Assembly: GCF_006345805.1 (NCBI RefSeq)
Contig: NC_043001.1
Span: 92,752,001-92,816,000, forward strand
DNA from: Octopus sinensis
Taxonomy: Eukaryota
Length of the DNA: 64,000 nucleotides
Direction: 5' to 3'
Shown here: piece by piece, positions 1-14,299 of the stretch
Layout of the letters: each line of letters begins with the position of its first letter
Numbering within the stretch: the first letter of the stretch is position 1
Translations under genes and position numbers: made by a program
Notes under the pieces: model-generated
Databases searched by the model: none
What the model saw: only the letters and a program-made list of their open reading frames with translations
What the model was told of the DNA's origin: nothing

Positions 1-726
1 AACACACTTCAGGATATCTTAGGATATAATCCTCATGAACTTGTATTTGACTCCAACGCTAACACTCCTTCATTTCTGATTAACTAGTTATGCATTTGGG
101 AATCTGTAACAATTAACGACAGGGTGAGAATAAATTAAAATGCTCTCCATACAGTAAGAAATAGTTTCATGAAGGATGAGGCAAGTAAAAGACACAAGAG
201 TGTACTGGGGTCTTATGTAATGCGTTATGCCAATGAAAATTTTATGGTTGAGATCTATTATAGAAGACAAAACTTATCTCTTTGTTTACATATAGAAAGC
301 ATTTAAAAACAGCTGGAAATACAATGTTTTACAGTGACTAAGTCCTGATAAATATGTCCAAACAAATTAACTTGCTAGAAATAGTCAGTAACTTTCTTTG
401 AAATGACACCCAACTGTCTTCAAAAGAGAAGAATACAAGAGATACTGTCAGGGGGAAAATACGGGATGGACAGCATAAGACTAAACAAGAACAATATAGA
501 GCAACAATGAAGTATTTTCATAGCAACAAGGAGCTGGTTAAGTTAATGTTATGTTTGCTATATCAAAGGTTAGATTGATGATTAACATTTCAAGAGTAAA
601 GGCATTATCAGCATTATTATTATAATACAAAAGCTATTACATATTTTAATCATCAGGGATGTTATCCAGAGCTTTGGTGACATCCTCCTCTGCCTCCTTT
701 AACATGCCAAGCACTTGACATGTGCT

Positions 727-804
727 GGATGCTTTTAACATGGCACTGGCACAAGCACTTTTACATGGCACTGACACAGTGCTTTTTACAAGGCACTGGC
801 ACAA
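727..804 (-). repeat. Three degenerate ~25-bp units related to the RTE 3'-UTR repeat module
   Basis: gcttttaacatggcactggcacaa / cacttttacatggcactgacacag / gctttttacaaggcactggcacaa resemble the reverse complement of the 51945-52530 unit core (gtgcttttacgtgtcaccggcacg). Confidence 0.55.
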
Positions 805-2454
805 ATCTCTAGAAATCATTTAAAAACTTTCTTAGGATTAATGCATGATTCAGGATGCTATTTTCTGCCACCCAATAATAGTCTATCAATTCCAATATCC
901 TACAACCTCTTATGTTGCAATATGGGTGCTATGTTGAGTGTACTAATCACTGCAGAGAAAATTTTTTTGCATTCCATAATCTCTTCATCTTTTTGGCTAG
1001 GTCCTGATATTTCTCAATGTTCTCTGTTCTTATTCTTATTCTTATTTAACATTTACTTTACAATGTCTATAGCCTTCAGGAAAACCTTCCAGCTCAATGA
1101 CACAAAACATTTTCAAATTGGACATATTCATGCGACAAGAATCCTTTTTCAGTTTAAGCCAAATCAAAAACTGGCAACATCTTGACATAAAACTAAGAAA
1201 TATTTTCAATAATTCTAACTATAGACTGTAATCATCATAAAATCAAAAAATTGCTATGCAGATTAAAGAAAATTAAACAACCAGAAAAGATTTTAGGAAA
1301 ACACATGATATGAAAATATTAAAGGTTGAATGAAATCTCACTAGTAACTTCTTTTTCTCCGTTTTTTCCCTCATAACAAAAAGTAAACCCAATTTAAAGA
1401 TTAGGAAATATGATAAAATAAATTATAATAGACATTTATATATGTCCAGAGTTGAGCTAAGAAGGAATATGAAGAGAATGTGTGTAAACACATTATATAC
1501 AATTTTACTCCCTGGAGTGAAGCCATGACAGATATGTAATAATCTATATACAGAAAATTTTGGAAGAGCTAGACCCTAATTTCAGCATTGAGTGTTATAC
1601 ATATGACTGAACTGAGCACCATTTTATTGTATCAAAGGTACTATCCACCCAACCTAAAATCAGGAGCTGGTATTGCTTGGATTTTTTTTGTTCTTTGGCA
1701 AGATATTAAATAGTTGTAGGCCTTTGAAACCTAAGCTATTGTGAATATAATATATATGTAGAGAGAGAGAGAGATTCAGATGAAAATGGTACTAAAGTTG
1801 AGGCACCAGAACTTAGTATGGTATTATCCATACAATTTCAAACCTTGTTGCTTATTTTGATTATATATATATATATGGATAGATAGATAAGATACCAAAA
1901 AAGGTAATTAGATATACATTACATACACACATATATTTGTGTAAGTGTGTGGGGGGAGGGGCATCTAGATATACACATCTTTATAAGCATTTTAAAATTA
2001 ATCTTATTCTATTTATGGGAGAAGCCCTTGATTTTCCTTTCCCACATACATGTTTGCTTTCTCATTAGCAATGCTTTTCTTATATAAATGCACACATACA
2101 TTTTTTTTACCAAGCATTTGCAAAACAAATTTTTTTTCAAAGTGAAGTTCACTGGGGTTTATAAGTCAAAAAGAGAGCAGAGTAAGAAACATTGATGTGA
2201 TCCTTGGTGAACCAGAAAGATCTTCTTGAACCAGCTGTGCAAATGCTGAAATAAATATGACTAATATAAAAACATTGTAAAAAGTAACAGTTCACAAAAG
2301 TCAACAACAAGGGGTTATCTTTGTTCGTTTTTTACCTGAGTGTACTTCGAAAATTGAAAAATTGATTTTACACAGGCACACACACGCATATATATATATA
2401 TACATATTAATCTGTATATGAGCATGTATAAGTGATATATATGTATGTATATAC

Positions 2455-2489
<35 letters not shown>

Positions 2490-3207
2490 CAAATATAGAT
2501 ACACACACATATATTTATATATGATCATGTATAATGTGTGTATGTATATATATATAGACATACATTTTTCTTTATATGTATTATACATACATATATTTAC
2601 TTGTACATGCATTTGTATATAAAAGTGTACTGTGTGTGTGAGTGTGTGTGTGTATACATATATATATATATATACATACATACATATATGTATTTATATG
2701 TGGGCAACTTTATTTATGTACATTTAAATAAATAATAAAATATTTGATAAAAAGATAAAATTAAATAAAAGTAAATTAAAGAAAAGCAGCAGCGAAAATC
2801 AATGTTATGCATATTAATGCAAGACAATTGCAGACAATAAAAAACATGCAAGTGACTCAGCAAAGGATGTGGGTTGTAATAGAAACACAGCTTAAAATGA
2901 AATATAATTGTGGTGGAGACAGTATATGGTTTGGGAGAGTCTTAGGAGAAGGTAGCTTTAGAGGATGTGGTTTAGGAAGGAAAGGTGAAAGAATAAGGAT
3001 TTAGTTAAAAACAATAAAATAAGGAAAAATGTAACTAAATGTAAACTGAAGTGGAAAGTTCTAGATTTGTATTCTTCCCTTTTTTTTTAATGTGTGGTGA
3101 TTGTAAAATAGAAATATTGTCAAGCCTTTAAATATTTTTTTACATATAATTTATGCAATTTTACTGGATTCCTTCAGGTTTTTCTTTTTAATGTTTTAGG
3201 TTTGGGT

Positions 3208-3208
<1 letters not shown>

Positions 3209-3252
<44 letters not shown>

Positions 3253-3281
3253 TAGTGGTGGTGGTGATTGTAGCAGTAGTA
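3209..3281 (+). repeat. (TAG)n / (TGG)n trinucleotide microsatellite
   Basis: Direct reading; it produces the poly-Thr ORF 3188..3385. Confidence 0.95.
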
Positions 3282-4242
3282 ATAATACAAGAAAAATCAT
3301 TGATTCTTAAGTTACTTTGTTTGGGTTTTGTCATGGATTTTTTTATGTAATTTGTTGCAACACATAACCAGTCAATGTATTTCAAGTCAGTTTATGTAAT
3401 TAGTCAGATTCAAAATGTATTGTAACCCTTACAAAAACCATAACATATTTATACACATGTTTAATGTGATCCTGCTAATTTATTTTCTATTAAAATTTAT
3501 ATACCAAATAATTATATGCAGGTCTTTTTTGTGCAGTATATGCTCAACTTTATCCCAGTTAATTAACAACTCTAAGCCACTGTATGCCTGTAATAGAGTT
3601 CACTCAGTTGCAAGCCTTTAACTTGGTCTTCAATCTAAAGATAACTTCCTGCTTTCCTCCCAAATGTCTTGGCAGCCTGAGAAAGATCATGAGTGCTGTC
3701 TTGCTGCCATAGACTAAGTTATATTACAAAAAAAAGTCATATATTTTGTTAATTTAAACATGAAAGAAGATGGACTTAGATTATTAGTTTAGAGAAACTA
3801 TCATTGCCTATCACTGCTGTATTAATGCTCACAAAAGAAAACAATCAGCCAGTCACAATTGGCTTCTTATACTCTATATGGTGTTTGCTGATATTACAAA
3901 ATATACATGTAGTAAAATCTTGTCAAAAATAAATTCAATTATTATTGTTATCTCTTCATTTTACCTAAGCAAAAAGCAACATCATAGGATACCAAATTGA
4001 AAACCATAATAGTTGAAGGAGCAGAAAAGACGTGAAATCATTAGGACTATGACAACAATTTTCAAAAAGAAAATAGTGAGTCAATCTCACAATACATATA
4101 AATTTGTAGGTGAACATAACACTTCCAAGGTGGCAAAAAATACAATAAAATAATGGGAATTATAGAAAACTGTTAAGTGTTTGGGTGAATGAATTTTTAG
4201 ATAGACACTCACCATTATCCAGTATACATATGTCTATGTGTA

Positions 4243-4278
<36 letters not shown>

Positions 4279-5267
4279 CAAGGGGAAGTTGAAAATTATC
4301 TGTACTTTTGCCAATATATCTTTGTTATTGTCACACTGTGCATGCTTATAGTTGGTACTATTGTAGTCACATGATTGAAATTTGACCCTGATTGTGCCAT
4401 TTTTCTTTCTGGCTTTACAGTGTAAACATGGCTGCTCCACTAGCAATGTGCACCAAAGAAGAATAAAGAGCAGTGATCTGATTTCTATGGATGGAAGGTG
4501 TGTCAGGTGCTGAAAATCATCCACGATAAGCTCAGTTTCCATAAGGTCTGTGCAAGATGGGTGCCAAGAGAGCTTACTGCAGAACACAAGTGCAAATGTC
4601 TTGAACTCTGCCAAAGTTTATTTGATCGCTACAACAAAGGCGAGGAATTTTGAGTAAAATAGTCACAGAAGATGTAACGTAGATCCATCATAATGAGGCA
4701 GAATCCAAATAATAAAGCATGGAGTGGAAACATCTCAGCTCACCAGCAACGAAGAAATTCAAGACTCAGTCTTCTGGAAGGAAGGTGATGCTAACCCATT
4801 TTTGTGATTCAAAAGGGCCTTTACTGGAAGACTACATGGAAAAGAGGTATATGATCAACAGTGCAAGATACAGTGCTCAACTGGCCAACAAATTGAAGCC
4901 AGCAATTTGCACCGATGCCTATTGTTGAAGAAAGTTTTACTGTTGCATAACAATGCATGCCCACACACAGCTGCCCAGACTGTTGAAACTGTTAACGAAT
5001 TGTGCTAGAAGCTTCTGATAAATTTCAGCACCTGACATACCTTCCGACCAGAGAAATCGGATCACTGCTCTTTGTTCTTCTTTGCAAGTGGAGCAGCCAA
5101 GCTTACACTGTAAAGCCAGAAGGAAAAATGGTGTGATCAGGCTCAAACTTTGATCATGTGATCACAATAGTACAAACTATTAGGCACACATGCACATATA
5201 GAAGGCAGTGTGACAAGAATAATGACATGTTATGACAAAAGTGCGGATAATTTTTGACTTCACCTTG
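4279..5267 (+). mobile_element. Non-autonomous mariner derivative with internally deleted transposase and ~240-260-bp inverted ends
   Basis: Ends CAAGGGGAAGTTGAAAATTATCTGTACTTTTG and, on the minus strand, CAAGGTGAAGTCAAAAATTATCCGCACTTTTG, each next to TA-rich flanks. Peptide fragments KVCARWVPRELT, SGRKVMLTHFCDSKG and LLHNNACPHTA match mariner WVPxxL, KVMLxVFWD and HDNARPH motifs. Stops and frameshifts present. Confidence 0.92.
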
Positions 5268-5293
5268 TGTGTATATATATATATATATATATA

Positions 5294-6519
5294 GACGGAC
5301 AGATAGATAGATAGAGATAAATAAATATACACACACACAAACCAATAATATGCTCTTCAGGACTGCATATATTTTCACCAGGCTCTGGCTGTTTTACAGC
5401 CATCTCAAGTTTTTTGGAGCCAAAGGACATAATACTTGATAAATCCCTCACTCACTTTGCACCCTAGGCCTTTGTTTTGTCTTTCAGTTTTTTTTTTTAT
5501 AACTTCCAATGACAAGGAACAGCCACCATGTTTTTTCCATACCAGCAATCTCTGAAGAACATGTGGTTTTAACAGCTAAAGGTTGATGAAAGGAAGGCAT
5601 CTCAATGTAGAAAATGTGCCTCAACAAATTACTTTATATATCTAATCATCATCATTTAACATCCGTTTTCCATGCAAGCATGAGTTGGATGGTTGACAGG
5701 AGGTGGCCAGCCAAAAAGTTGTCTGGGTTCCAATTGTCTGTTTTGGTATGGTTTCCAACTGTCTGGATGCTTCTTACATGACACCCTCACAGGTGTTTTT
5801 TTACATGGCACTAACACAGGGTCTTTTTATGTGCCCCCAAACAGCGCCATGTACACACACATAAATGTATATTATAGATATACAGGGATAGATGCATGTA
5901 TATATATATATATATATATAGACGGACAGATAGATAGATAGAGATAAATAAATATACACACACACAAACCAATAATATGCTCTTCAGGACTGCATATATT
6001 TTCACCAGGCTCTGGCTGTTTTACAGCCATCTCAAGTTTTTTGGAGCCAAAGGACATAATACTTGATAAATCCCTCACTCACTTTGCACCCTAGGCCTTT
6101 GTTTTGTCTTTCAGTTTTTTTTTTTATAACTTCCAATGACAAGGAACAGCCACCATGTTTTTTCCATACCAGCAATCTCTGAAGAACATGTGGTTTTAAC
6201 AGCTAAAGGTTGATGAAAGGAAGGCATCTCAATGTAGAAAATGTGCCTCAACAAATTACTTTATATATCTAATCATCATCATTTAACATCCGTTTTCCAT
6301 GCAAGCATGAGTTGGATGGTTGACAGGAGGTGGCCAGCCAAAAAGTTGTCTGGGTTCCAATTGTCTGTTTTGGTATGGTTTCCAACTGTCTGGATGCTTC
6401 TTACATGACACCCTCACAGGTGTTTTTTTACATGGCACTAACACAGGGTCTTTTTATGTGCCCCCAAACAGCGCCATGTACACACACATAAATGTATATT
6501 ATAGATATACAGGGATAGA

Positions 6520-6524
<5 letters not shown>
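5294..6524. repeat. Tandem duplication of a 627-bp unit bounded by (TA)n
   Basis: gacggacagatag starts at 5294 and 5921. Identical ORFs recur 627 bp apart (5693/6320 starts; 5451/6078 ends). The parts compared by eye are identical, including an 11-T run. Confidence 0.95.
5646..5850 (-). mobile_element. Short element carrying the RTE 3' tail (duplicate at ~6273-6477)
   Basis: catcatcatttaacatccgttttccatgcaagcatgagttggatgg is the reverse complement of the RTE tail ccaacccatgctagcatggaaagcggacgttaaacgatgatg (61797-61853). Confidence 0.8.
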
Positions 6525-6554
<30 letters not shown>

Positions 6555-6959
6555 ACATTTTATCAATCTGTCTATCCATTTAGTATAACCTATCAGAAAA
6601 TGGAGTACTGAACACCATGATAGACATTCATTTCTACCCTCAAGTTATATCAATGTATAACTATATAAATGTCATAACCTGACCTGATACCAGTTGCTTG
6701 CTTGTCTGAATGTTTATCCTATTATACATGAACTAGCTTGATTATAGCCTTATAGCCAATTCTCTTTTAGGCAGCTATAACATCCCAGCAATTTTGTTGC
6801 AGTTCAAGCAAGAGTCTAGGCCTGAAGTCAACTTGAGTGCTACCTCTATGTACCTATTATCTAATGCCACCAGACCATAAATCTATATGTGCGTGCACAC
6901 ACACACATGTATATCTATATACAAATATAACTATATACAAATGCATACATTGGAATATA

Positions 6960-7505
6960 CAAGTTCTAGTATATAGGAAAACAGACTAATCTCTTCAGGG
7001 AAATGGCCTTGCTCAATATATAGAAAAGGATTTGGTAGAAACTCCATATGGTGTACCCAGTGCAAACTATGGACACATAAAAGGTGCAGCAGTATCACAA
7101 GAAAGTTAACAGAGAAAATAATACAAGTACAATAAACACTAAGAATGTATGAAAATAAACTTCCCCAAGTATCCTATCTTAGTAGTAGTAGACAATTTCT
7201 GTTATCTAGGTGACCAAGTTAACAGCAGAGGAAGAAGCTCTGAAAGCTTAGTTGCTAGAATAAGAATAGGCTAGACAAATTTCAGAGAGTTGCTGCCTTT
7301 GTTGGTAAAAAAGGGCCTCTCCCTTAAAGTGAAAGGCAGATTTTATGATGTTTGTATATGAACAGTAATGCTAAATGGCAGTGAAACATGGGTTGTGACT
7401 ACAGAGGACATGTTAAGGCTTGAAAGAAATGAAGCCAGCATGTGCATATACAGCTAGTGTAACTTAGTATTTGAGAGAAAACTGGGTATGAGAGGCATCA
7501 GATGA
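6960..7505 (+). mobile_element. Old RTE LINE fragment (PHD insert plus RT C-terminal region)
   Basis: Translates to KWPCSIYRKGFGRNSIWCTQCKLWTHKRCS and VVDNFCYLGDQV...ARIRIG, matching 51100-51600. Many stops. Confidence 0.9.
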
Positions 7506-7599
7506 AGTGTACTAGAGATGTAAGTGACAGTAGTTAGAAAATAAAGATATAAAAGATACAAGAAGATGGGTATAAGAGAAAGCATAGAGTTGAGATGTA

Positions 7600-8160
7600 G
7601 ATGTGTGAAAGAATAAATTCCTAGGAGTATGTGAAGAAAGTCACAAGTATTTAAGGGTTGGAGCAGAGGTTAAAGTAGTGGACATGTGATCAATGGTAAA
7701 CATTAATATGGCAAATAAAGTAAAAGAAATAGCTCTGGAAGGAGAAGGTGATAAGTAGCAGTACAAGAAGAGTGGAGAGTAACAGTATTATAAACCTGAT
7801 TAGCATGATAAGAAAAATAAGATGATATGCAGGGTGGGTGAGTGGAGATATATAGAGATGTACAGAGACAGAGATGGGGTCAGGGATATGTAGTGGAGGT
7901 TATAGTAAGTGAAGTCAAAGATGGAGGACATCAAAAGCAAATATGAGAGAGTATTGAAAATGATAGCAAAAATGAGGGTGTGTTATAGATGAAGTAGGGT
8001 AGTCCTAAGAAGTGGGTGATATAGTTGGAGGCAAAGGAGTGAGCAGTGGAAAATTAAGTGGGAAAAGATGATATTGAAAATGAGGGATGGATATTAAAGG
8101 AAGAGAGAGAGGTAACTAGTAGCACAAAGGGAATGGAATAAGCACAGATTCCACAGGCGT
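7600..8160 (-). mobile_element. Purine-rich (+ strand) remnant, possibly a diverged relative of the 40400-41235 PLE-like segment
   Basis: The reverse complement shares patches (ttccatt..tttgtg.tact; atccatccct..tt..aa.atatca) with 40490-40590. Weak, by eye only. Confidence 0.35.
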
Positions 8161-8329
8161 ATAATTCCAGCAATTGAATAGTGCCTTAGTTAGAAGCCTG
8201 ATGGTGGGATGGGTGTCAGGAAGAACATAAAGGAAGCTTGATGAGGAAAGATTGGGTGCAAAGGTAGGGTATAATGAGAGCATAGGCATAAACATAAGGC
8301 TTAGGACCCAGTAGTTGCCTTGATGGGTG

Positions 8330-8530
8330 AATTATCAAGCACAGTGAAATGCCAATCATCTTGGACATTAGTCATCTTCACAGAGAAGCCAAACATCTTG
8401 AGATCAGTCTTGACTACTTCCCACTCCTACAAGTTTCATCAACTTAAAAAGAATTTGGCACTTTTTTATACAGCTGTCATCATCCATATCCTTCACAAGG
8501 TGAGTGCTCCATTTGTAAGCCCATAAAAAC
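8330..8530 (-). mobile_element. RTE LINE ORF C-terminal fragment
   Basis: Minus strand reads DMDDDSCIKKCQ...EVVKTDLKMFG...DW, matching RMAEDSCVRKCH...AVKHDLRTLG...DLW of the 51700-51890 copy. Confidence 0.75.
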
Positions 8531-8759
8531 TTAATAAGTAGTTCATAAAATGTCTGCAAGTTGATATGTTCATTATTTCTGTGGGTTGGTTCATGGCAAG
8601 ATATTTCTCAAACAAACATAGACTGCTTCATTTTGATGTGGTTCTGTGAAAGATAGATCATATAATATCCATGCTTCTTTTGCTATATGAGCTCAAGAAC
8701 AATGCATTTTCTTTGGGATATAGCAGTATATATATTTATATAACAAGTAGCATTCGCTC

Positions 8760-10080
8760 TGATAGTTCAGGAATACTATCATATCAGTATCATCAACAAC
8801 TGCCATAATGGCAGAGAAAATGATCCAAAAGTAAGTAGCTACAAAAGCATTATCTTGATAGAAAAATTATGAAAATAACAGAAAAAGTTATGGAAGAACT
8901 AATTAGGAAGAAAGTTAGATTAGATGAGGTGCAGTCTGTGCCAAGATGCACTGCAAATGATACCCATTTCCTAGTGAAAAAACTACAAGAGAAACTTGTA
9001 GTAAAAAGCAAAGCAATATATCTTGCATTCATCAATTTGCAGAAGTTTGACAGGGTGCTGTATGTTGTACTCTGATGGTTGCTAACAAAACTACATGTAG
9101 ATAGATGATATGTTAAAACCATGTAGATAAATGCCATCAAAAAGATGAGTAATGAGTTCTGCAAAGAATTTAGCATGCAGGTAGGTGTCCATCAGAGCTC
9201 AGTTCTCACACTCAACTATTTATTATAATTCTCCAAGCCATAACAGAGGAGTTCATAACTGGCTGTCCATGGGAATGTCAGTGTGCAATGAGCTCATTCT
9301 CAAATGCAAATCTGTAGATTTACAAAAGAAATTCTAAAGATAAAAGCAAAGCTTAGAATTTTGGAGCTTGAAAGTAAACCTAGCAAAGATAAAAGTTTTA
9401 ATTAGCAGAAAAGAAGGCAAGATATTGTAGCTATCTGGAATTGGCCATGCTCAATAGAGAGAAAAGTTGGAGATAAAAATTTTATAGTGTACCCAGGGTA
9501 AACAATGGATGCACAAGAGGTTCAGTGGATCATAGGCAGGCTGAGCAAAAGGGAAAATGTCAGTAAGAGCACATTTGGCATAAATTCTTTCAAATGTACA
9601 GAATGTTCCTTTAAAGCTGTTAATAGTTTATTACTTATGTCATTTAATTAGAAATGAGAAAGTATTTCAAAATCACAGTAGCCAGAGTAAGAACAACATA
9701 GGAAAATTTCGAGAAGCTACTACTGTTGTTGGCAACATGAGGATTCCTTTTCATAGAGAAGTGCAGATTCTATGATGCTTGTTTCCAAAATGTGAAATAA
9801 CATGGTAGTGAAACATGGACACTGAATGAAGAGGGTGTTGGAAGACTAGAAATGAGGCAAGCATGCTTTGCTGGATATAACATGCATGAATGGAGAAGAA
9901 CTGAAAATAAAAATGGATATCAGAGAACTAGGAAGTAGTGTGCAAGAGAGAACTGTGTTATTATGGATATGTGATTTCTACAAAGAATGACAGGTGGACA
10001 AAGTAGTAGCAAGCAATCCAGTTGGAAGAAACCTGTGAATGAGAAAGACTAAGGAAAACACAGAAAGAAGTGAATAATAT
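8760..10080 (+). mobile_element. Highly degraded RTE LINE (RT, PHD insert and C-terminus)
   Basis: MKITEKVMEELIRKKVRLDEVQ...YLAFINLQKFDRV matches MKVTERVIAQLIRERVSLDEMQ...YLAFVDMEKAFDRV. Later patches caccagggt/catcagagctcagttctc, tggccatgctcaata and ggtagtgaaacatgg follow in the expected order. Confidence 0.85.
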
Positions 10081-12881
10081 TTGTATACATGGGTAACAGC
10101 CTTTCTTTTACGTATGCTTTAGAAACAAGACTGGTAATTTCCTTTCCAATCAAGAATTTTTTTTTCCTATTTTTCATATGAGTTTTGTAATCTGTTCAGA
10201 ACAAGAAAGTCTGTAAATCCATCATCACTTCTGTAGCATAATAGTTTTCAAGATAAAGTGATTATGGCATAGATTACTGTCCTTTTAAAGTAGGCAAGAT
10301 CAGTGTGAGTGGTGTATACATTATCATTGTAATTTGAATTTTTACAGTAAGAATTATAGGCCAGCAGTTAAATGTTTGCTGTTGTTTATAACTTGTAATC
10401 TGATGTGCGTGTGCAAATTAGCATTTTACAGTATTACTATTGTTTCTATCACTGTTTATTTTTGTGGATACTTCTACAGACCACAGACACATTGCCTACT
10501 TTGTGATCTAATTTTTCTTAGTGTTGTATAGCATAATGCACTGCATTTGTTCCTTATTGTAAGTGCACAGAGAGTATTAGAAAAGTGTCAAACTTGTATG
10601 GCTTATGTATCATTTCTAGTTGTGAAGTTTACAATCTCATGTTTGCAACAGAATCAGTGTCACATTGTTTATTAGTAACAACTGTACTGTGAAGAGTTTT
10701 ATTTCTACTGTTCTGGATATTGAATATTAGTACAATGTTATCTTATATTCCTCAAGTGCTTTCAATGCAACCATTATGATGAGTATACCATCCACATACC
10801 TGATGTATATTGTGTTTTTATGCTTGCATACCCATAGTTTATTTTTATCATAGCCAAGTGCAATGCTGTCAATGCATTCTACTTGGATAACCCATAGCTA
10901 CCCAAATTTTATGCATAGATACTTTGATATCTGGACAGTGAAAGAGTATTCCTATTATACAGAACATTAACTATTTCAGCACCATATTAGCAGCTTTTGT
11001 GTACAGCTTTATTCTTGTGTGCATACACTATTTAATATGGTTTCTTTTGTTTTTGCCACAGGAACATTGGCAAACAAACTTTTAATATCTATGTTGCAGT
11101 TGTTGCCCATTTTGATGGTTTCAAGACAGTGATTTTTAAAGCTTTCAATTTGAATAAAGCATTAAGAGTTTTATGGCAAGGCTTCTTAAAAATATGATAT
11201 AAAAAATGATCATTAAATTTTGCCACAAAGAAACATAATATGCACTGGCAGAGTATATGAAATCAATTAAATTTTCCAAATATCCTGGTACCTTCTGATT
11301 TACTCTACAATTTGGTGGCACATTTGCAGGCAATATGCAGTACATGTCTGTATTACAAGACAATGGTTGAAAAATGTATACTTCAAGATCTCAAAGAGGT
11401 TCTTGGATAACCATATGTTATACCTCTTCAATTTGTATTGTTTGATAATACAATCTTTCTCCAATTTGTATTGTTTGATAATACTATCTAATTGTGTGGT
11501 AATACTGTGCATTGGTGTATTTATTCAAGATATTATAGAATAGAGGAGTTTTTGTTTGTTTGTTTGTTGTTTACATCTTTACTGTATAGATACATGCTGA
11601 GATGAATTCTTCATTACACGGGAAATAAGAAGTGCTAACCAAATTCCCTTCTTCAATGAGCTTTTAAATTTTCATCTAGTGAAGAAGCTTTAAGGGATAT
11701 CTTAAGAATAAACAAACAAAAGTTAACAGATAACTGAATAAATCAGTAAACCAAGCTATAGAACAGTACAAGTACAAATTCATTCTTAAAGAGACAAGAA
11801 GTATAAACTACATGAAACAAAAGCAATCTAATTGGAAAAAAAAAGCTTTATGTCACTGAAAACTCAAAGCAAAACACAATATGAATCACATCTAACCACA
11901 AACTAATAGTCAGAATACAATAAAAACAATGAAATAGAAAAAAACTTCTCCAATATGACACTAGAAACTTGCAAGCCACAGAATATTTCAGGCAAACTAT
12001 GTAATATACAAATTTCATATAAACATGGAAATCGTAAAATTTCATGACATTTGATGCTTTCAACATAAATTACTACAGATTTTTTGAATAGGAGCCTATA
12101 AGCCTACAAAGCCTCACATTTAGAACTTTACTACATACAAACCTATATGAACCATTATACTTCTTAGGAATACATATGAGGACAGAGGTAACAAACTCTC
12201 TCATACACCAAAAGGTAACATTGTGATGGTGATGAGGATGGCCACAACAAACAAGCTGAAAGCAATATACACACACAAACTTATATTCATTTATTCTTTA
12301 ATTTGTTACAGACATTGGACAATGACCTTGCTGGGACATTACCTTATATATATATGTGTGTGTTTGTGCATGAATGTATACAGAGAGAGAAAGAAATAGT
12401 TAGGTACACACACATACAAGGAATAAACATACAAAATAGAATAGATGATGTTTTAGGAAACTAAAATAAGAACAAGGTGTACAGATACAAAATAGTGCAA
12501 TAGATATTTCAGGAAACTGAATGTCATATCTTTCATACTAGACATTTCCTAAGCTAATTCTGCTTCAGCTTTCATTAATTAGGACTGAAACAGATTTGAT
12601 TTTAACTTTTTAACCCAGACATTTATGACACCATATATTAACCGGTGTTGTTCGCGTAAACCATTGGTTCATTTTGTTCTCTTACTTTATTATCATCTTA
12701 TAATCATCTCATAATAATGACCTTTAAGACTCGTATTACTACCTCAGTCAATCTAAATGTATATATTTATCACTACCTGTCATAAATAGCCTTTTTCTAT
12801 TTGCAATATGCATTCTCGTTGATTTTTCATATTTTACCCATATATATGTGTATATATATATATATATACACCATCAAGATT

Positions 12882-13015
12882 ATCATCATCAATTAATGTC
12901 TGTTTTCCATGCTGGTAAGAATTGGATGGTTTAACAGAATCTGGAAAGCTGCAGGGCGGTAGTGAGCTCCAATGTCAGCTTTGGTGCAGTCAACATGGTT
13001 GGATGCCCATCCTGT
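12882..13015 (-). mobile_element. Short element with RTE-type 3' tail
   Basis: catcatcaattaatgtctgttttccatgctgg...ggatgccc is the reverse complement of the RTE tail motifs. Confidence 0.7.
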
Positions 13016-14299
13016 AGATCAGTTGTTATGGTAATGGAGGGACCTTTATTGGTCAGGTTAAATAATCAGAGATCCTCTTTTAGAATCCAGGAAAGGCATA
13101 TTACAACTTTAGCCAGCTATATATGGCAATTAAAAAATGACATAATGCTGTTATATAGCATCAACTGGAGATAGCTAGAATGTTCTAGGCCTTATCTTAA
13201 TGGAAATAGAAATGAGCTCTACTTAACAGAGACAAGAATCAATCTAAAAAATTCACACACTCTGGGTACTTTCCCGAATTTGAAAACTGTAATATATATA
13301 TCCACACACACTCACACTTACTGATATATATACATACAGATATGTATGTGTGGATGGAAGTTTACTTTGGGGTTTATTTTAATTTTTTCCTTTGCAGAAT
13401 TCAAGCTTGTCACTAACAAAGTGACAAATCACTTTTGTTTAAGCCAAGATAAGTCTTGTGGGTAGCGGTTACTTGAACTGACTGACACATGCATATACGT
13501 GTGCATGTCACAATAACACAAGTGCATTTTATTGTTGTTTATGCACGTACATCTATATGTAATCCATATATATATGAGAATTTGTGCATATGGAGAATCC
13601 CTGAAGTGTTTTCAAAATTTTCACTGGAGAATGTGAATCAGTTGGCTCTGTCTTTTTGGGGAGAACCCATAAGTTTCTATGAACATCAGTTGTTAAATAG
13701 CCCAATGTACTTGAGAGCAAATGAAAATCTGTAACCTGATATAAGTGCCATAGGTTTTTCATCAGTTTTCCATAGATGTTCTCCCTTTTCCTCAATTTTT
13801 CAAGACACTGACATCCACTGGGAAGCTGATCTCACAACAATGCATGACTTTTGTTGTCCCATGAAACTATGTTTGTATGTATGCTTGAATGTATGTATAG
13901 GTTAAAAAAAATCACACAACACAAGCAACATCTGAGACAAAGAGGAGACAGTCAAACAAAAAATAATACATAGAATCAGACACATGAAAGTACAAGCCTG
14001 GAAAGCATAGAGAAATATAGCTAAAGACAATAAAGAAGTGAACAATGAAACTCAATGCACTAAACAAAGTATCAAAAGGGAATTTCTGTGATACTCTTTA
14101 TCAAAGAAAAGGAAAAGTATTGAGAGGCAAGAGAAAGAGAAAAATGTGCAATATTGAATATTAGATGTTGATTTAAATAGCAGACCTGAAGTAATCTGCA
14201 AAACTATGAACATGTTTCTCCTATACCACTGTATCTAAGATATCACAGATTTGTTAATAATCAAAAATAACGACACTATTATCATCACAGCAATCCTGC

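Noticed and set aside
11140-11312. Possible mariner right end (cctggtaccttctgatttactctac)
   Set aside because: No matching left end or clear transposase peptide could be found; too degraded to support.
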